DNA of 64,000 nt from Candidatus Bilamarchaeaceae archaeon. Its GTDB lineage: Archaea > Micrarchaeota > Micrarchaeia > Anstonellales > Bilamarchaeaceae. The notes under the pieces are model-generated. The model saw nothing but the letters and a program-made list of their open reading frames with translations, was not told the origin of the DNA and did no database searches. The DNA is taken from assembly GCA_038870635.1 (NCBI GenBank), contig JAVZJR010000001.1, forward strand, positions 90,133 to 154,132. Direction: 5' to 3'. Shown here piece by piece: positions 49,628 to 59,434 of this stretch. Position 1 is the stretch's first letter, and each line of letters begins with the position of its first letter. The position numbers were made by a program, and so were the translations under genes.

Positions 49628-50818
49628 TCACCACGAAAATTTCTCATGTTTTAATTCTTTATAAACGAGCAAGAGATTATAACATAGCATAAGATACCAA
49701 TAAAAGAAATAATATAATATTATGGGGATTATACCAACTTTCTCATTTTTAAAGCTGCCAAGAACCAAAGCAAGCCAAGCAACAGAAGCAAGACCAGCAA
49801 AAAAAAGAGGAACAGAAATTGGGTTTATCCCCATACCTATACTCTCTATAAAAATGTAGGAAACATAGTAAGGTGTATTTACTATCGCATTTATCATAAG
49901 ACCTAAAACTATGAAAAAAGATGCTAATGTTATGAAGTTTAAAGGAACAAAAAATAGTCCAAAATCACCATATTCTGGTGTTATAAGATGCTTGTAGTTC
50001 CAATAGTTTCTTACACCTCCCCGCTGCCACCTTACTCTTTGTTTTATTAAATCCTGAATTGTTTCGGGGGGATTAGTATAAACTTCTGCCTTTACTGAAC
50101 TTCTTATTTTAAAGTGATGTTTTTGTATTCTCAATGCTATTTCTTGGTCTTCTACTAAATTATGCTCGTCAAAACCACCAACTTTTTTGAAAACAGATGC
50201 ACGAAATATAGAGAAAGGGCCAGGAGTAACAGGTACCGCGTCTATAAAACTCAACAACTTTCTTGAGAAAATTATCATCAGATATTCTATTCTTTGCAAC
50301 TCTACAAGCAACGAATTTGATGGTCTAATCTTTATGGCAGGAGTAACTGCCATCACTTCTGGGTCATCCTTAAAAAAGGCAAGAAGCTGCTTAAGAGTTT
50401 TTGGTAGAACATAGGAATCGGCGTCCATTGTTACTATGAATTCTCCTTTAGCGATTTTAAGTCCATGGTTAAGAGCTGCACCCTTACCTGCATTTTTTTG
50501 TGTTACAACTCTAACACCATATTTTTCAAACTTTTTCGCTTCTTCTTCTGTCAAGTCAGTTGAGCCATCGTTTATAACAATAATATCTAATTTATCTTTA
50601 GGATAGTCAAGCTCTAATAAAGTTTGAAGGCACTTCCCTATATATTTTTCTTCATTGTATGCAGGCACTATTATGCTAACTAACGGTGTAAAATTTTCAT
50701 CTATCGGGGGTTCTTCTTCATAATTTTTTTTGTATGTGAAAAGAAGAAGAAAGTAAAAAACCACCACATAAACAGAAAAAAAAGCAACAAAGTAATTGAG
50801 TGCGTGTACTAAGTCCAT
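49628..50818 (-). CDS. Processive family-2 glycosyltransferase
   Basis: VPAYNEE, NDGSTD, GKGAALN, DAD, ED, QRVRW; N- and C-terminal TM helices. Confidence 0.92.
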   Translation of the reverse strand: MDLVHALNYFVAFFSVYVVVFYFLLLFTYKKNYEEEPPIDENFTPLVSIIVPAYNEEKYIGKCLQTLLELDYPKDKLDIIVINDGSTDLTEEEAKKFEKYGVRVVTQKNAGKGAALNHGLKIAKGEFIVTMDADSYVLPKTLKQLLAFFKDDPEVMAVTPAIKIRPSNSLLVELQRIEYLMIIFSRKLLSFIDAVPVTPGPFSIFRASVFKKVGGFDEHNLVEDQEIALRIQKHHFKIRSSVKAEVYTNPPETIQDLIKQRVRWQRGGVRNYWNYKHLITPEYGDFGLFFVPLNFITLASFFIVLGLMINAIVNTPYYVSYIFIESIGMGINPISVPLFFAGLASVAWLALVLGSFKNEKVGIIPIILYYFFYWYLMLCYNLLLVYKELKHEKFSW

Positions 50819-50831
50819 TAAAAATCAAGCC

Positions 50832-51707
50832 TCAGAAACCAAAAAGAAGATTCTTAGAAAAGAAAAGTGCAAGCACCATTCCAACTAACAAAAACGGAAT
50901 AAACGGTGGAAGATCGGTGTACACCCAAATCGTTTGCAAACCTGCCTCCTTTAAACGCTGAATCTCGCTTACTGTTGCCAACCTCTTAATATTGTATTGT
51001 TTAATAATTGCAGGTTCTATAAGTTCTAAGGCGAAAACATCTTCGGGTTCTACCTTTTCTAGTGGTAATTGCTCTGCGAGCATTAAAATGATGTCCTGCT
51101 TATAAACCATAAAAAATATAGATGCCAAAAGTAAAACTGAAATTATAAATAGATAAGTTAAAGAAAAAACAGGGGAATTAATATAAACGTAAATAAAAAA
51201 CAAAAAAGGCAAAAGAAGAAGAAGGTAGAGAAGATTGGGTGTGCCGCCTTGAGATATTATTTTCAAAGCAAACTTTATTGTAACATACACGGTCAATAAG
51301 AGACCGCCATATATCATAGCAGGGATTATAAAAGGTAAATTAAACGACAAACCAGCAAAAGAAGGAACAAAAGGTATGAGTAGCATGACAGAAGTTATGA
51401 CAATAACATCTGCGCCACCTATTTGCCCAAACCTGTAAAAAATATAACCTATTACAGAAATAAATAACGCTGCGCCAAATGTAAACAAAAGAACATCAAA
51501 ATCAGGTTGCATAAGGTAAAAAACAATGTTAAGCAAGATAGCAATACCTAAAAAAGAGTAAAGGATTTTATCAGGAACATTCTTTTTGTTAAAAAGATCG
51601 TAGTAAGAAGCAACAAGAACACCAATAAAAGCCACGATAACCCTCAAAACTTCTCCAGCAACAGGGACATTTGTGAATAACACCTTTTCTATCATTCCAT
51701 CAAGCAT
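50832..51707 (-). CDS. Prepilin/prearchaellin peptidase (A24, PibD/FlaK-like)
   Basis: YDL....VPD, GGAD, PFIPFL; multiple TM helices. Confidence 0.85.
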   Translation of the reverse strand: MLDGMIEKVLFTNVPVAGEVLRVIVAFIGVLVASYYDLFNKKNVPDKILYSFLGIAILLNIVFYLMQPDFDVLLFTFGAALFISVIGYIFYRFGQIGGADVIVITSVMLLIPFVPSFAGLSFNLPFIIPAMIYGGLLLTVYVTIKFALKIISQGGTPNLLYLLLLLPFLFFIYVYINSPVFSLTYLFIISVLLLASIFFMVYKQDIILMLAEQLPLEKVEPEDVFALELIEPAIIKQYNIKRLATVSEIQRLKEAGLQTIWVYTDLPPFIPFLLVGMVLALFFSKNLLFGF

Positions 51708-51758
51708 AAAATCACGAATTTAATTTAACGCGGAATGAATAAAAAAGTATAGTTTAGC

Positions 51759-52031
51759 CTATTCCATTAGGTTTTTTAGCGCCTCGCTGGTGAGGTCATT
51801 GGAAAGTGCTTGATCAAGACCAGGTATGCCACCACTAGCTGTGCCTTCTGTTGAGATAGTATGAGTAGAAACAGATGTTTTCTCAACTACTGCGAAGTCT
51901 ATCTGCAACATATTACCACAAACAGGGCATTTTCCGATAGCAGTCATTTGCTGAAGCTCGATATTACCGTTAAAAATAAAATTAAGCTCTGCCCCACACT
52001 TAAGACATTTAACGTTTCTTTTCAAGTCCAT
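51759..52031 (-). CDS. Small zinc-ribbon protein
   Basis: CLKCG...CPVCG. Confidence 0.65.
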   Translation of the reverse strand: MDLKRNVKCLKCGAELNFIFNGNIELQQMTAIGKCPVCGNMLQIDFAVVEKTSVSTHTISTEGTASGGIPGLDQALSNDLTSEALKNLME

Positions 52032-52076
52032 AGAATCGCCAAAATTTAATCTAACGTTTATAATATAAACATTACT

Positions 52077-53216
52077 TTACATCACATCTAGTTTTGTCTT
52101 ATTGGATGAACTAAGAGGTAAGCTCCCTCCGCTTGAAGGCGATTTCACTTTATCGTTGAGCAAAATATCTTTTTTAGCGAATTCCATTCTTTGCTTTAGT
52201 AGTTCAACCAAACTTTCAAGTTTTAATAAAACAGGATCTTTTATGCGGACATGTAAACCTAACTTGGAAGCGTTTGAGAGTAATTTTTTTGTTGTTTCTA
52301 ATCGTTGCTCACGTGCTAACTCAATCTTCTCCATCATTTTTTTTATTAATTCTATAGAATTGGCATTAGAGACCAAATTCTCCATACATTCCGAGCAAAC
52401 CTTTCTTGTTTCACTGCTCTGGGTGGTTGCAATGCTGTGAGGTAAATAACAAAATGAAGAAAGAACGTTCTGGCCATTTTTGCCTGCAAAAGCAATTACC
52501 TGCACGGCCAAATCTTTTATTTGTTGATTGCCTAAAGAAATACCAAGTCGATACATTAACTTAACACTTTCCAGAAAAGGCGGCGGGTCATTCTTGCTAC
52601 GTGCAGGCAAGAGATAGCCATTTTTAAGAGGCAGAAGTATAATATTTAGCAGCGAAATCGTATGTGCTATAGTTTTTTCTTTTTCGCTCTCTTTCGCACC
52701 GTTTGACAAAAATACAAAATTATCTACAAGAGCATGTGAAATAGAAAGGAAAAAGGCAGGCGGTAATTCGACGCCCTTAGCTACCGCATGTTTTATTGTT
52801 TCTTTTATAACATAATGAGATTGATAACTAAAAGAATCACGATCAACTAGATAGTTTCCTAAAGCATTGAGAATAGAAGAACGGAGTGGGTTATCCTCTG
52901 AGTAATGTTTTAATGCAATTAAAAAAGCGCGGTGAGCAAGTTTGCCTGCTTCGCTCAGCTCCGTTTCTGAGATTATTTTTGCAACACTTTCAATATCAAG
53001 ATAGCACGATATTAAAGCAAGCTTGACCAACTCTATACGAGGATAACTTATTTTTTTAGCTGCATCATTAAAAGCAGCTTCTTCAAGCATCATAAGAACA
53101 GAGTAGTTAATTGTCTTATCTAAAGATAAAATTTCATTTTTTATTTTATCTATATTTTTTCTTTCTAAAGAGTTTAAGTCAGCACATATCCTCCTTATTT
53201 TTTCCATATCTCCCAT
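52077..53216 (-). CDS. Hypothetical helical protein
   Basis: 379-aa ORF with GGGGG SD; no recognised motif. Confidence 0.65.
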   Translation of the reverse strand: MGDMEKIRRICADLNSLERKNIDKIKNEILSLDKTINYSVLMMLEEAAFNDAAKKISYPRIELVKLALISCYLDIESVAKIISETELSEAGKLAHRAFLIALKHYSEDNPLRSSILNALGNYLVDRDSFSYQSHYVIKETIKHAVAKGVELPPAFFLSISHALVDNFVFLSNGAKESEKEKTIAHTISLLNIILLPLKNGYLLPARSKNDPPPFLESVKLMYRLGISLGNQQIKDLAVQVIAFAGKNGQNVLSSFCYLPHSIATTQSSETRKVCSECMENLVSNANSIELIKKMMEKIELAREQRLETTKKLLSNASKLGLHVRIKDPVLLKLESLVELLKQRMEFAKKDILLNDKVKSPSSGGSLPLSSSNKTKLDVM

Positions 53217-53365
53217 ACAACCCCCACAAATTATTTATTTAGTAAAGTTTATAAAGTTTTATTTTATGTTTTTTTATGTATAATGTCTGCTAATCTGGGA
53301 AGATAAAAATTTCTTGCAAAAATATTATAAGAAAATTTAAATATTTAATGAATTATTAAATAGTC

Positions 53366-54460
53366 ATGTCGAAAATAAGATGCGCAGTTGTAGGTGTTGG
53401 TAATTGCTTTGCAGGCTTAGTGCAAGGAATAGAATATTACAGACAAAACCCAAAAATGGAAATAATAGGAGTTATGCATCCCAAAATAGGTGGCTATTCA
53501 ATATACGATCTTGACTTTGTGGCTGCATTCGATGTTGATAAAAAAAAGGTTGGAAAACCTTTGAACGAAGCAGTATATGCTGAACCAAACAAAGTAAGAT
53601 GGGTGCCTAAACTTAGCACAATGAATGATGTTGTTGTAAAGCAAGCTCCACGTTTGGATGGAGTTGGGCACTATGTTGAGAAAGTTGTTGAACCGGTTCC
53701 GGAAAGGCCGCTCGATGAACTAAGAAAAGAAATAATAGAAGAGTTAAAAGAAAAAAAAGTAGAGATTCTTGTTTCTTATCTACCAGTAGGGTCAGATAAT
53801 GCGACCAAGTTTTGGGCGCAAGTATGTTTGGATACAAAAATAGCATTTGTAAATTGTATGCCAAGTTTTATAGCATCGGATCCACAATGGGCAAAAAAAT
53901 TTTCCGATGCAGGAGTACCGGTGATTGGAGATGATATAAAAGGGCAAGTAGGCGCCACCATAGTCCACCGAACACTTGCAAAACTCTGCGATGACCGTGG
54001 AACAAAAATAGAACGCACTTATCAGATAAATGTCGGCGGCAATACTGATTTCCTATCTATGAAAGAGCAAGAGAGATTGCATTCAAAAAAAATATCAAAA
54101 ACAGAAAGTGTGCAAAGCCAACTCAAACAGCGATTGCCAGACGATAGCATTTATGTTGGCCCTTCTGATTTCATCCCATTTTTAGGAAATACAAAACTTA
54201 TGTTTATGCGTATAGAAGGCAGGATGTGGGCGAACATACCATACAACATAGAGGTTAGATTAGAAGTAGATGATAAAGCCAACTCTGCCGGTATTGTAGT
54301 AGATGCAATAAGACTTGCAAAAATTGCGTTAGACAGAAAAATGGGCGGGCCTATAATTGCGGCTTCAGCTTATCTTATGAAACATCCACCCTTACAAATG
54401 AGTGATGCGGACGCAAAAAAAGCATTAGAGGAATTTATAGAAAACAAAAGGAATATATAA
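53366..54460 (+). CDS. ino1: myo-inositol-1-phosphate synthase
   Basis: GVGNC, YLPVGS, GDDIKGQVGATI.HR, NVGGNTDF, SKKISKT, DKANSAG, YLMKHPP. Confidence 0.96.
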   Translation: MSKIRCAVVGVGNCFAGLVQGIEYYRQNPKMEIIGVMHPKIGGYSIYDLDFVAAFDVDKKKVGKPLNEAVYAEPNKVRWVPKLSTMNDVVVKQAPRLDGVGHYVEKVVEPVPERPLDELRKEIIEELKEKKVEILVSYLPVGSDNATKFWAQVCLDTKIAFVNCMPSFIASDPQWAKKFSDAGVPVIGDDIKGQVGATIVHRTLAKLCDDRGTKIERTYQINVGGNTDFLSMKEQERLHSKKISKTESVQSQLKQRLPDDSIYVGPSDFIPFLGNTKLMFMRIEGRMWANIPYNIEVRLEVDDKANSAGIVVDAIRLAKIALDRKMGGPIIAASAYLMKHPPLQMSDADAKKALEEFIENKRNI

Positions 54461-54485
54461 AAAGAAAACAAAAATAATAAAAAAA

Positions 54486-54767
54486 TTAGAATTTTGGCAT
54501 TATGTCTGGTTTCTCGTCAGTGAGTAAGAGTAAATATGGTAACCAGCTAATTGCATAACCAACATATGCCATAATTATCTTGTTTAATATTTCGAGCCTC
54601 TTACCAAAAATAAGTACATACAAGAATTGCAATGGCATGGCAATGTAAACCGAAATTACTGCAAGTACGCCCATGATTATACCCACTATTACAAAGTACA
54701 CTAATCGAATAAACAATTCCACTCTATTTGCTTCTTCCTCAAAAGGAAGTTTTACGTCCACTCTCAT
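54486..54767 (-). CDS. DUF4389-like small membrane protein
   Basis: R..LF.R, IFGKR, Y..LLTDEKP. Confidence 0.75.
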   Translation of the reverse strand: MRVDVKLPFEEEANRVELFIRLVYFVIVGIIMGVLAVISVYIAMPLQFLYVLIFGKRLEILNKIIMAYVGYAISWLPYLLLLTDEKPDIMPKF

Positions 54768-54788
54768 CAGTTCACCTCTAAAAATTTT

Positions 54789-56204
54789 CTAATATGATTT
54801 CTCCGATAACTTAATAAAGGTTGTAGCTAAAAGCCTTACTCCCGCTCCACTGGCCCCTTTTTCAAGATAAGGATGGTTTGTATTGATGAGGTCAACGCCT
54901 GCTATATCTAAATGCGCCCATTTAGTATCACCGACAAACTCCTTAAGAAAAACTGCACCTGTTATTGAACCAGCCTCGCCAGTATCACTTATATTCTTTA
55001 TATCAGCGATGTCAGATTTCATCATTTCACTATATTCTTTCCAAATAGGTAAACGCCATACCCTTTCAAAAGTTTCCTTTCCCGCATCTTCAATTACTTT
55101 TGCTAATTCATCATCGTTGCTGAATAAACCAACAGCGTGTCTTCCAAGTGCAATAATTATCGCACCAGTAAGTGTTGCGATATCTATTATATAATCAGGT
55201 TTCTTTTCTGCAATATAGGAAAGAGCATCTGCAAGTATAAGACGACCTTCAGCATCAGTATTCAATACTTCTATTGTTTTTCCATTATATGCTTTCCAGA
55301 TATCTCCTGGTCTTTGTGCGGTAGCAGAAGGTAAATTTTCCGCAAGAGGCAAAACAGCAAGAAGACGAATTGGAAGTTTTAATTCTGCAACTGCCTTTAT
55401 TGTAGCAAGGGCTGCCAACGCGCCAGACTTGTCATATTTCATTTCATGCATTTTCGCAGATGGTTTTATTGAGATACCGCCACTATCAAAAGTTATACCT
55501 TTGCCAACAACTGCGCAATAAGGCCTTTTGGCGCCTTCATACTCTAAAATTACTAAGTATGGTGGGTTTTTACTTCCTGCACCTACAGCAAGCAATGCAT
55601 TCATACCCATTTTTTTCAGTTTTTTCTCGTCAAAAACAGTAGCTTTAAGATTATATGTTTTAGCTAAATTAAGCGCCTCTTTAACAATAGCCGAGGGCGT
55701 TATTATGTTTGCTGGTTTTTCATCAAGGGAACGCATATAGTTTTGTGCAGATGCAAGCACCTCACCTAACCTCACTTCTTTTTTTATGTCTTTATCAGAT
55801 ATAAGTATAAGCCGTTCAACAAAACTCTCCTCAACTTTACTTTTAAATTCGGTACATTTATAATTTGCAAGAATTGCGCCTTCTGTAATCAATTGCGCAG
55901 CTTTATTTAAATTTGGCACGACAATGCCAACTTCTTTATATTTAAAATAGCGTGCCATACGAATCGCAGCGCCCCCGCCTCTTCGTAGAAAATCATCTTC
56001 AAATTCCTCTTTTTTACCAAGCGAGTAAAAAGAGATTCTTTTGTAAGGTTTTCCTTTAACCGCAGTTGAATAAACAGAACCTGTCTTTCCCTCCAAATTT
56101 TTAAAATCATCTTTAAAATCTTCAAAATCTTTTGGAAAATCTTTCTCAAAACCAAAGAAAAAAACAACATCTCCTGATAAGTTTCTCTTGATACAAATTT
56201 CCAT
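54789..56204 (-). CDS. pepA: Leucyl aminopeptidase (M17)
   Basis: GKGITFDSGG, MKYDKSG, NTDAEGRL.LAD, ATLTGA, WAHLDIAG. Confidence 0.96.
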   Translation of the reverse strand: MEICIKRNLSGDVVFFFGFEKDFPKDFEDFKDDFKNLEGKTGSVYSTAVKGKPYKRISFYSLGKKEEFEDDFLRRGGGAAIRMARYFKYKEVGIVVPNLNKAAQLITEGAILANYKCTEFKSKVEESFVERLILISDKDIKKEVRLGEVLASAQNYMRSLDEKPANIITPSAIVKEALNLAKTYNLKATVFDEKKLKKMGMNALLAVGAGSKNPPYLVILEYEGAKRPYCAVVGKGITFDSGGISIKPSAKMHEMKYDKSGALAALATIKAVAELKLPIRLLAVLPLAENLPSATAQRPGDIWKAYNGKTIEVLNTDAEGRLILADALSYIAEKKPDYIIDIATLTGAIIIALGRHAVGLFSNDDELAKVIEDAGKETFERVWRLPIWKEYSEMMKSDIADIKNISDTGEAGSITGAVFLKEFVGDTKWAHLDIAGVDLINTNHPYLEKGASGAGVRLLATTFIKLSEKSY

Positions 56205-56264
56205 ATCACCACCTGATAGACCATTTCATCTTCTCTTTAAAAATTTAGCTGATAAATTTAAACT

Positions 56265-57116
56265 ATGGCTAAAAAAGAGGGCGTTAGATTTGGACCAGCT
56301 GGTATCCCCATTCAATGTGAAGGACGAAGCACATTAGATGGCGTTCGTTGTTGTTACGAACTTGGTCTAAAAGCCATGGAAATGGAATTTGTACAAGGCG
56401 TTCGATTAAATAAAAACGCGGCAGCAGAAGTTGGAAAGGTTGCAGAACAACTTGACATCTCTCTTTCTTCTCATGCACCCTACTTCATAAATTTTTGCTC
56501 TAAAGAGGAAACAAAAATAAAGAATAGTATAAGAAACTTAGTAGAAGCTGCAGTGGCAACGGCTTCGGCAAAAGGCAGTATAACTGTTTTTCATCCTGGT
56601 TTTTACCAAGGCCAAGGAAAAGAGGAGGCATATCAAAGGGCCAAGAAAAACATCATGGCAGCATATGAAAAAGTAAAAGAAGCAGGAGCGGAAAAAGTAA
56701 TTCTTGGCGCAGAAACAGTAGGCAAAAAAAGTGCTTTTGGCGGATTCGAAGAAGTTGTAAGATTGGCATCGGAATTAGAGTATGTACAACCAGTACTTGA
56801 TTTTGCACACATGCACGCTCGAAGAGATTTCATTATAAAAGGAGTTGATGACTACAGAAAAATATTTGAAATTTTAGAGAAAAAATTAGGAGACTATGTA
56901 CACCATTTCCACAGCCATTTCTCTGAAATAAGGTACAGTGAGAAAGGAGAGCTATCCCATCTTCCACTTGGCACAAATAATGAACCGCCAATAGAACCTT
57001 TGCTTAAAGTAATAGTAGAGAATGGCTATTCCGGAACAATAATATGTGAAACACCGCAATTAGATATCGATGCACAAAAAATGCAAAAAATTTACAGCAG
57101 GATGGTGAAAAAATGA
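56265..57116 (+). CDS. nfo: Endonuclease IV family AP endonuclease
   Basis: FGPAG.P, HAPYFIN, FHPG, ET.GK, DFAH.HAR, H.HFS.I, ICE.P. Confidence 0.9.
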   Translation: MAKKEGVRFGPAGIPIQCEGRSTLDGVRCCYELGLKAMEMEFVQGVRLNKNAAAEVGKVAEQLDISLSSHAPYFINFCSKEETKIKNSIRNLVEAAVATASAKGSITVFHPGFYQGQGKEEAYQRAKKNIMAAYEKVKEAGAEKVILGAETVGKKSAFGGFEEVVRLASELEYVQPVLDFAHMHARRDFIIKGVDDYRKIFEILEKKLGDYVHHFHSHFSEIRYSEKGELSHLPLGTNNEPPIEPLLKVIVENGYSGTIICETPQLDIDAQKMQKIYSRMVKK

Positions 57117-58003
57117 GCGAGTTATTAGTAGATTATCTTGAAGATGCTGCGGCTTTCATAAAGAAAAGAAAAGAACGCCTTAACGAACTTGAAAAATATT
57201 ATAGAGAAACCTATTCAAAAGATATAAGAGAAGAGATGGAAATCATAAAAAAAGAGATAAGAAAAAAGAGAAAAGAGATAACAGACAAACTTTATGAAAA
57301 CTCAGAAGAACTTAATTACATAAAAAAATACTTTCCAGATTTTTTTGAAGTGCTTCTTGAAGAGGACGAAATAGGAAAAATAATAAAAAAAGAAGATTTA
57401 CTTTACGACCGATTAAGATTTCCGGGAGCACGTCAACATTTACTTAGGTTAAAAGCTGCGCGTGCACAATTAAAAGACGCTATTGATTTTCTAGAGAAGT
57501 GGCCCGGCATTATAAAAGAAAAACAACTCATTGCAACCTATCCAATCCTCAAGGGCGAGATAGAAGGGGATAAGGAAAGCGGGGAGATAATAGAGAAAAT
57601 AAAAGAACTTGAAAAAAAATTAGTGCACGAAGGATGGAAAGTAATAATAAGTAATGAGGATATACTTCTTGAATTTCTCGATAAATATATAAAAAAACTA
57701 AATAAAGCAGAGATTAATCTAAAAAAAGCACAATTGAATTATGAGGATGCAAAAGGAAAAGGAACCGTGACAGAAAACAACGCCCTTCGAATGTTAAGAG
57801 CAGCAGAAAAAAATAAAAAAAACATTGAAGAGCGCATAAGAAAAATGCTTTTGGCTAATCCCTTAGTGCTTGCAAAACTAAAAAAGAAAAAATGGTTGGC
57901 AAGGGATAAAAAAACACAACTGGAAAAAATTGCAGAAAAAATAACGCCAAAAAAAATAAAAGAAAAGGTTTGGTTAACTGAAATGAAAAAAAGATTAGGC
58001 TAG
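57113..58003 (+). CDS. Hypothetical coiled-coil protein
   Basis: 296-aa K/E-rich ORF; ATGA overlap with nfo. Confidence 0.7.
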   Translation: MSELLVDYLEDAAAFIKKRKERLNELEKYYRETYSKDIREEMEIIKKEIRKKRKEITDKLYENSEELNYIKKYFPDFFEVLLEEDEIGKIIKKEDLLYDRLRFPGARQHLLRLKAARAQLKDAIDFLEKWPGIIKEKQLIATYPILKGEIEGDKESGEIIEKIKELEKKLVHEGWKVIISNEDILLEFLDKYIKKLNKAEINLKKAQLNYEDAKGKGTVTENNALRMLRAAEKNKKNIEERIRKMLLANPLVLAKLKKKKWLARDKKTQLEKIAEKITPKKIKEKVWLTEMKKRLG

Positions 58004-58522
58004 TTATTTTCTTTTTAGCTCGTCTAACGCAGCTTTTGCTACTTCTTTATCGTTCTTACTGTAGAAAGGATTTTTCTCTATTACTTCGTTAAAGAAATTA
58101 TACAATAAAGAGAGCGTTCTTTCTCTATTAGAACGAAAAGCCTTTTTTATGTAATTTGAACTCAGAGGATTACCCTCAAGCAGATAACATATTGCTAAAT
58201 AAAAGTTAGCCTCGTGTCTGTCTGGATCAATTTCTATACAAGACAAAAATTTTCTTTTTGCAGCCTCAGTATCTAACATTTCTAAATAAGCAAGCCCATC
58301 AAAAAAAAGAGGGTCGTAGTCTTTCTTTAATAAAAATGAACGCTCAAAATACTCGTGGGCGCTTTCATAATTTTTCAAACGCATAGAGATAATACCAAGT
58401 AAATACCAAGCAGTGGGATCATCTTTCGTTTTTAATAGGTAATCATTTAGAAGCTTCGCAGCATCACGATATTTTGCTTTTAAAAGAAGGGACTTAACCC
58501 TTGCTTCTTCAACTTTGTCCAT
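58004..58522 (-). CDS. TPR-repeat protein
   Basis: AWYLLG...YESA..YF, GLAY......A...F.....IDP, A.FYLA; likely ATG at 58522. Confidence 0.8.
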   Translation of the reverse strand: MDKVEEARVKSLLLKAKYRDAAKLLNDYLLKTKDDPTAWYLLGIISMRLKNYESAHEYFERSFLLKKDYDPLFFDGLAYLEMLDTEAAKRKFLSCIEIDPDRHEANFYLAICYLLEGNPLSSNYIKKAFRSNRERTLSLLYNFFNEVIEKNPFYSKNDKEVAKAALDELKRK

Positions 58523-58681
58523 ATTAAGACCTTCTCTGTATTCTTTAAAAAACATTTGCACCGAGCATTTTTTAAATGTTTATTTTTGTATATAAATATG
58601 TAAATAAAAAGAAAATTAAAGGTAAGCTTTAAAAATAGTTTTGTATATATATTTCGCTATAAGTGGAAAGATGTGGTTTTA

Positions 58682-58942
58682 ATGTTCAAAAAAGAAGAGA
58701 GAAAAGAACAACGTCTTCAAAGAGTTCCTGAATTAGATATAAAGATTGCAGAAGGTAATAATACGAATAGAGTCATAGGTGGAGCGGTTAGAGTGTGCTG
58801 TCAGTCACGAGAAGCAGAAAACAACATAAGAGAAGCTGAGAGAGCGCTACAAATTAAAAAAAATGAAGAAAAACTCGGACTTGATGTAGGGAAACTTGTT
58901 AAAAATTTCACAAACTTTTTAGGGATTAAAAAAATAGTATAA
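58682..58942 (+). CDS. Hypothetical protein
   Basis: ORF with GTGGT SD; no motif recognised. Confidence 0.5.
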   Translation: MFKKEERKEQRLQRVPELDIKIAEGNNTNRVIGGAVRVCCQSREAENNIREAERALQIKKNEEKLGLDVGKLVKNFTNFLGIKKIV

Positions 58943-58999
58943 ATCTCATTTTGAGAGCAGAAAGAAAAGATTTTAATTCGCAACTTCTAATTACAAAAT

Positions 59000-59434
59000 A
59001 TGCGGGGAGTAACAATAGTAAAAACACGACCACAACCAATAAAAGCAATAGAAACAGCAGAAATAGCGTTGGAGCTTATAAAAGCAGCTGAAGAAAAAAT
59101 AAAAAACCAAAACACTGAAGAGACGTATACAACATCATTACAAGCAATAAGAATGGCTGCGGCATCGTTGATGTTTATGGATGGCTATATCGCTCCAACA
59201 CTAGAAGGCGCTGTAGAATATATAAAAAATAATCACCCTCGTCTCAACGCAGAAGAATGGAAGATATATGAATACAATCATCCAAAAAATAGGAGTATAG
59301 TAGATGCGATACTTGAAATGTTAAATATAAAAAAGAAAATAAACGAAGAGGAGATGTCGGATAAAGTTTTTTCACTTGCGAAAGAGTTTGTAAATTATGC
59401 GGAGAGAGCGACAAAATATGGAAAAATTGAGTGA
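59000..59434 (+). CDS. Hypothetical protein, weakly HEPN-like
   Basis: A.ELI..A......Y....QAI..AA.SL...G pattern; overlaps the alaS start. Confidence 0.5.
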   Translation: MRGVTIVKTRPQPIKAIETAEIALELIKAAEEKIKNQNTEETYTTSLQAIRMAAASLMFMDGYIAPTLEGAVEYIKNNHPRLNAEEWKIYEYNHPKNRSIVDAILEMLNIKKKINEEEMSDKVFSLAKEFVNYAERATKYGKIE

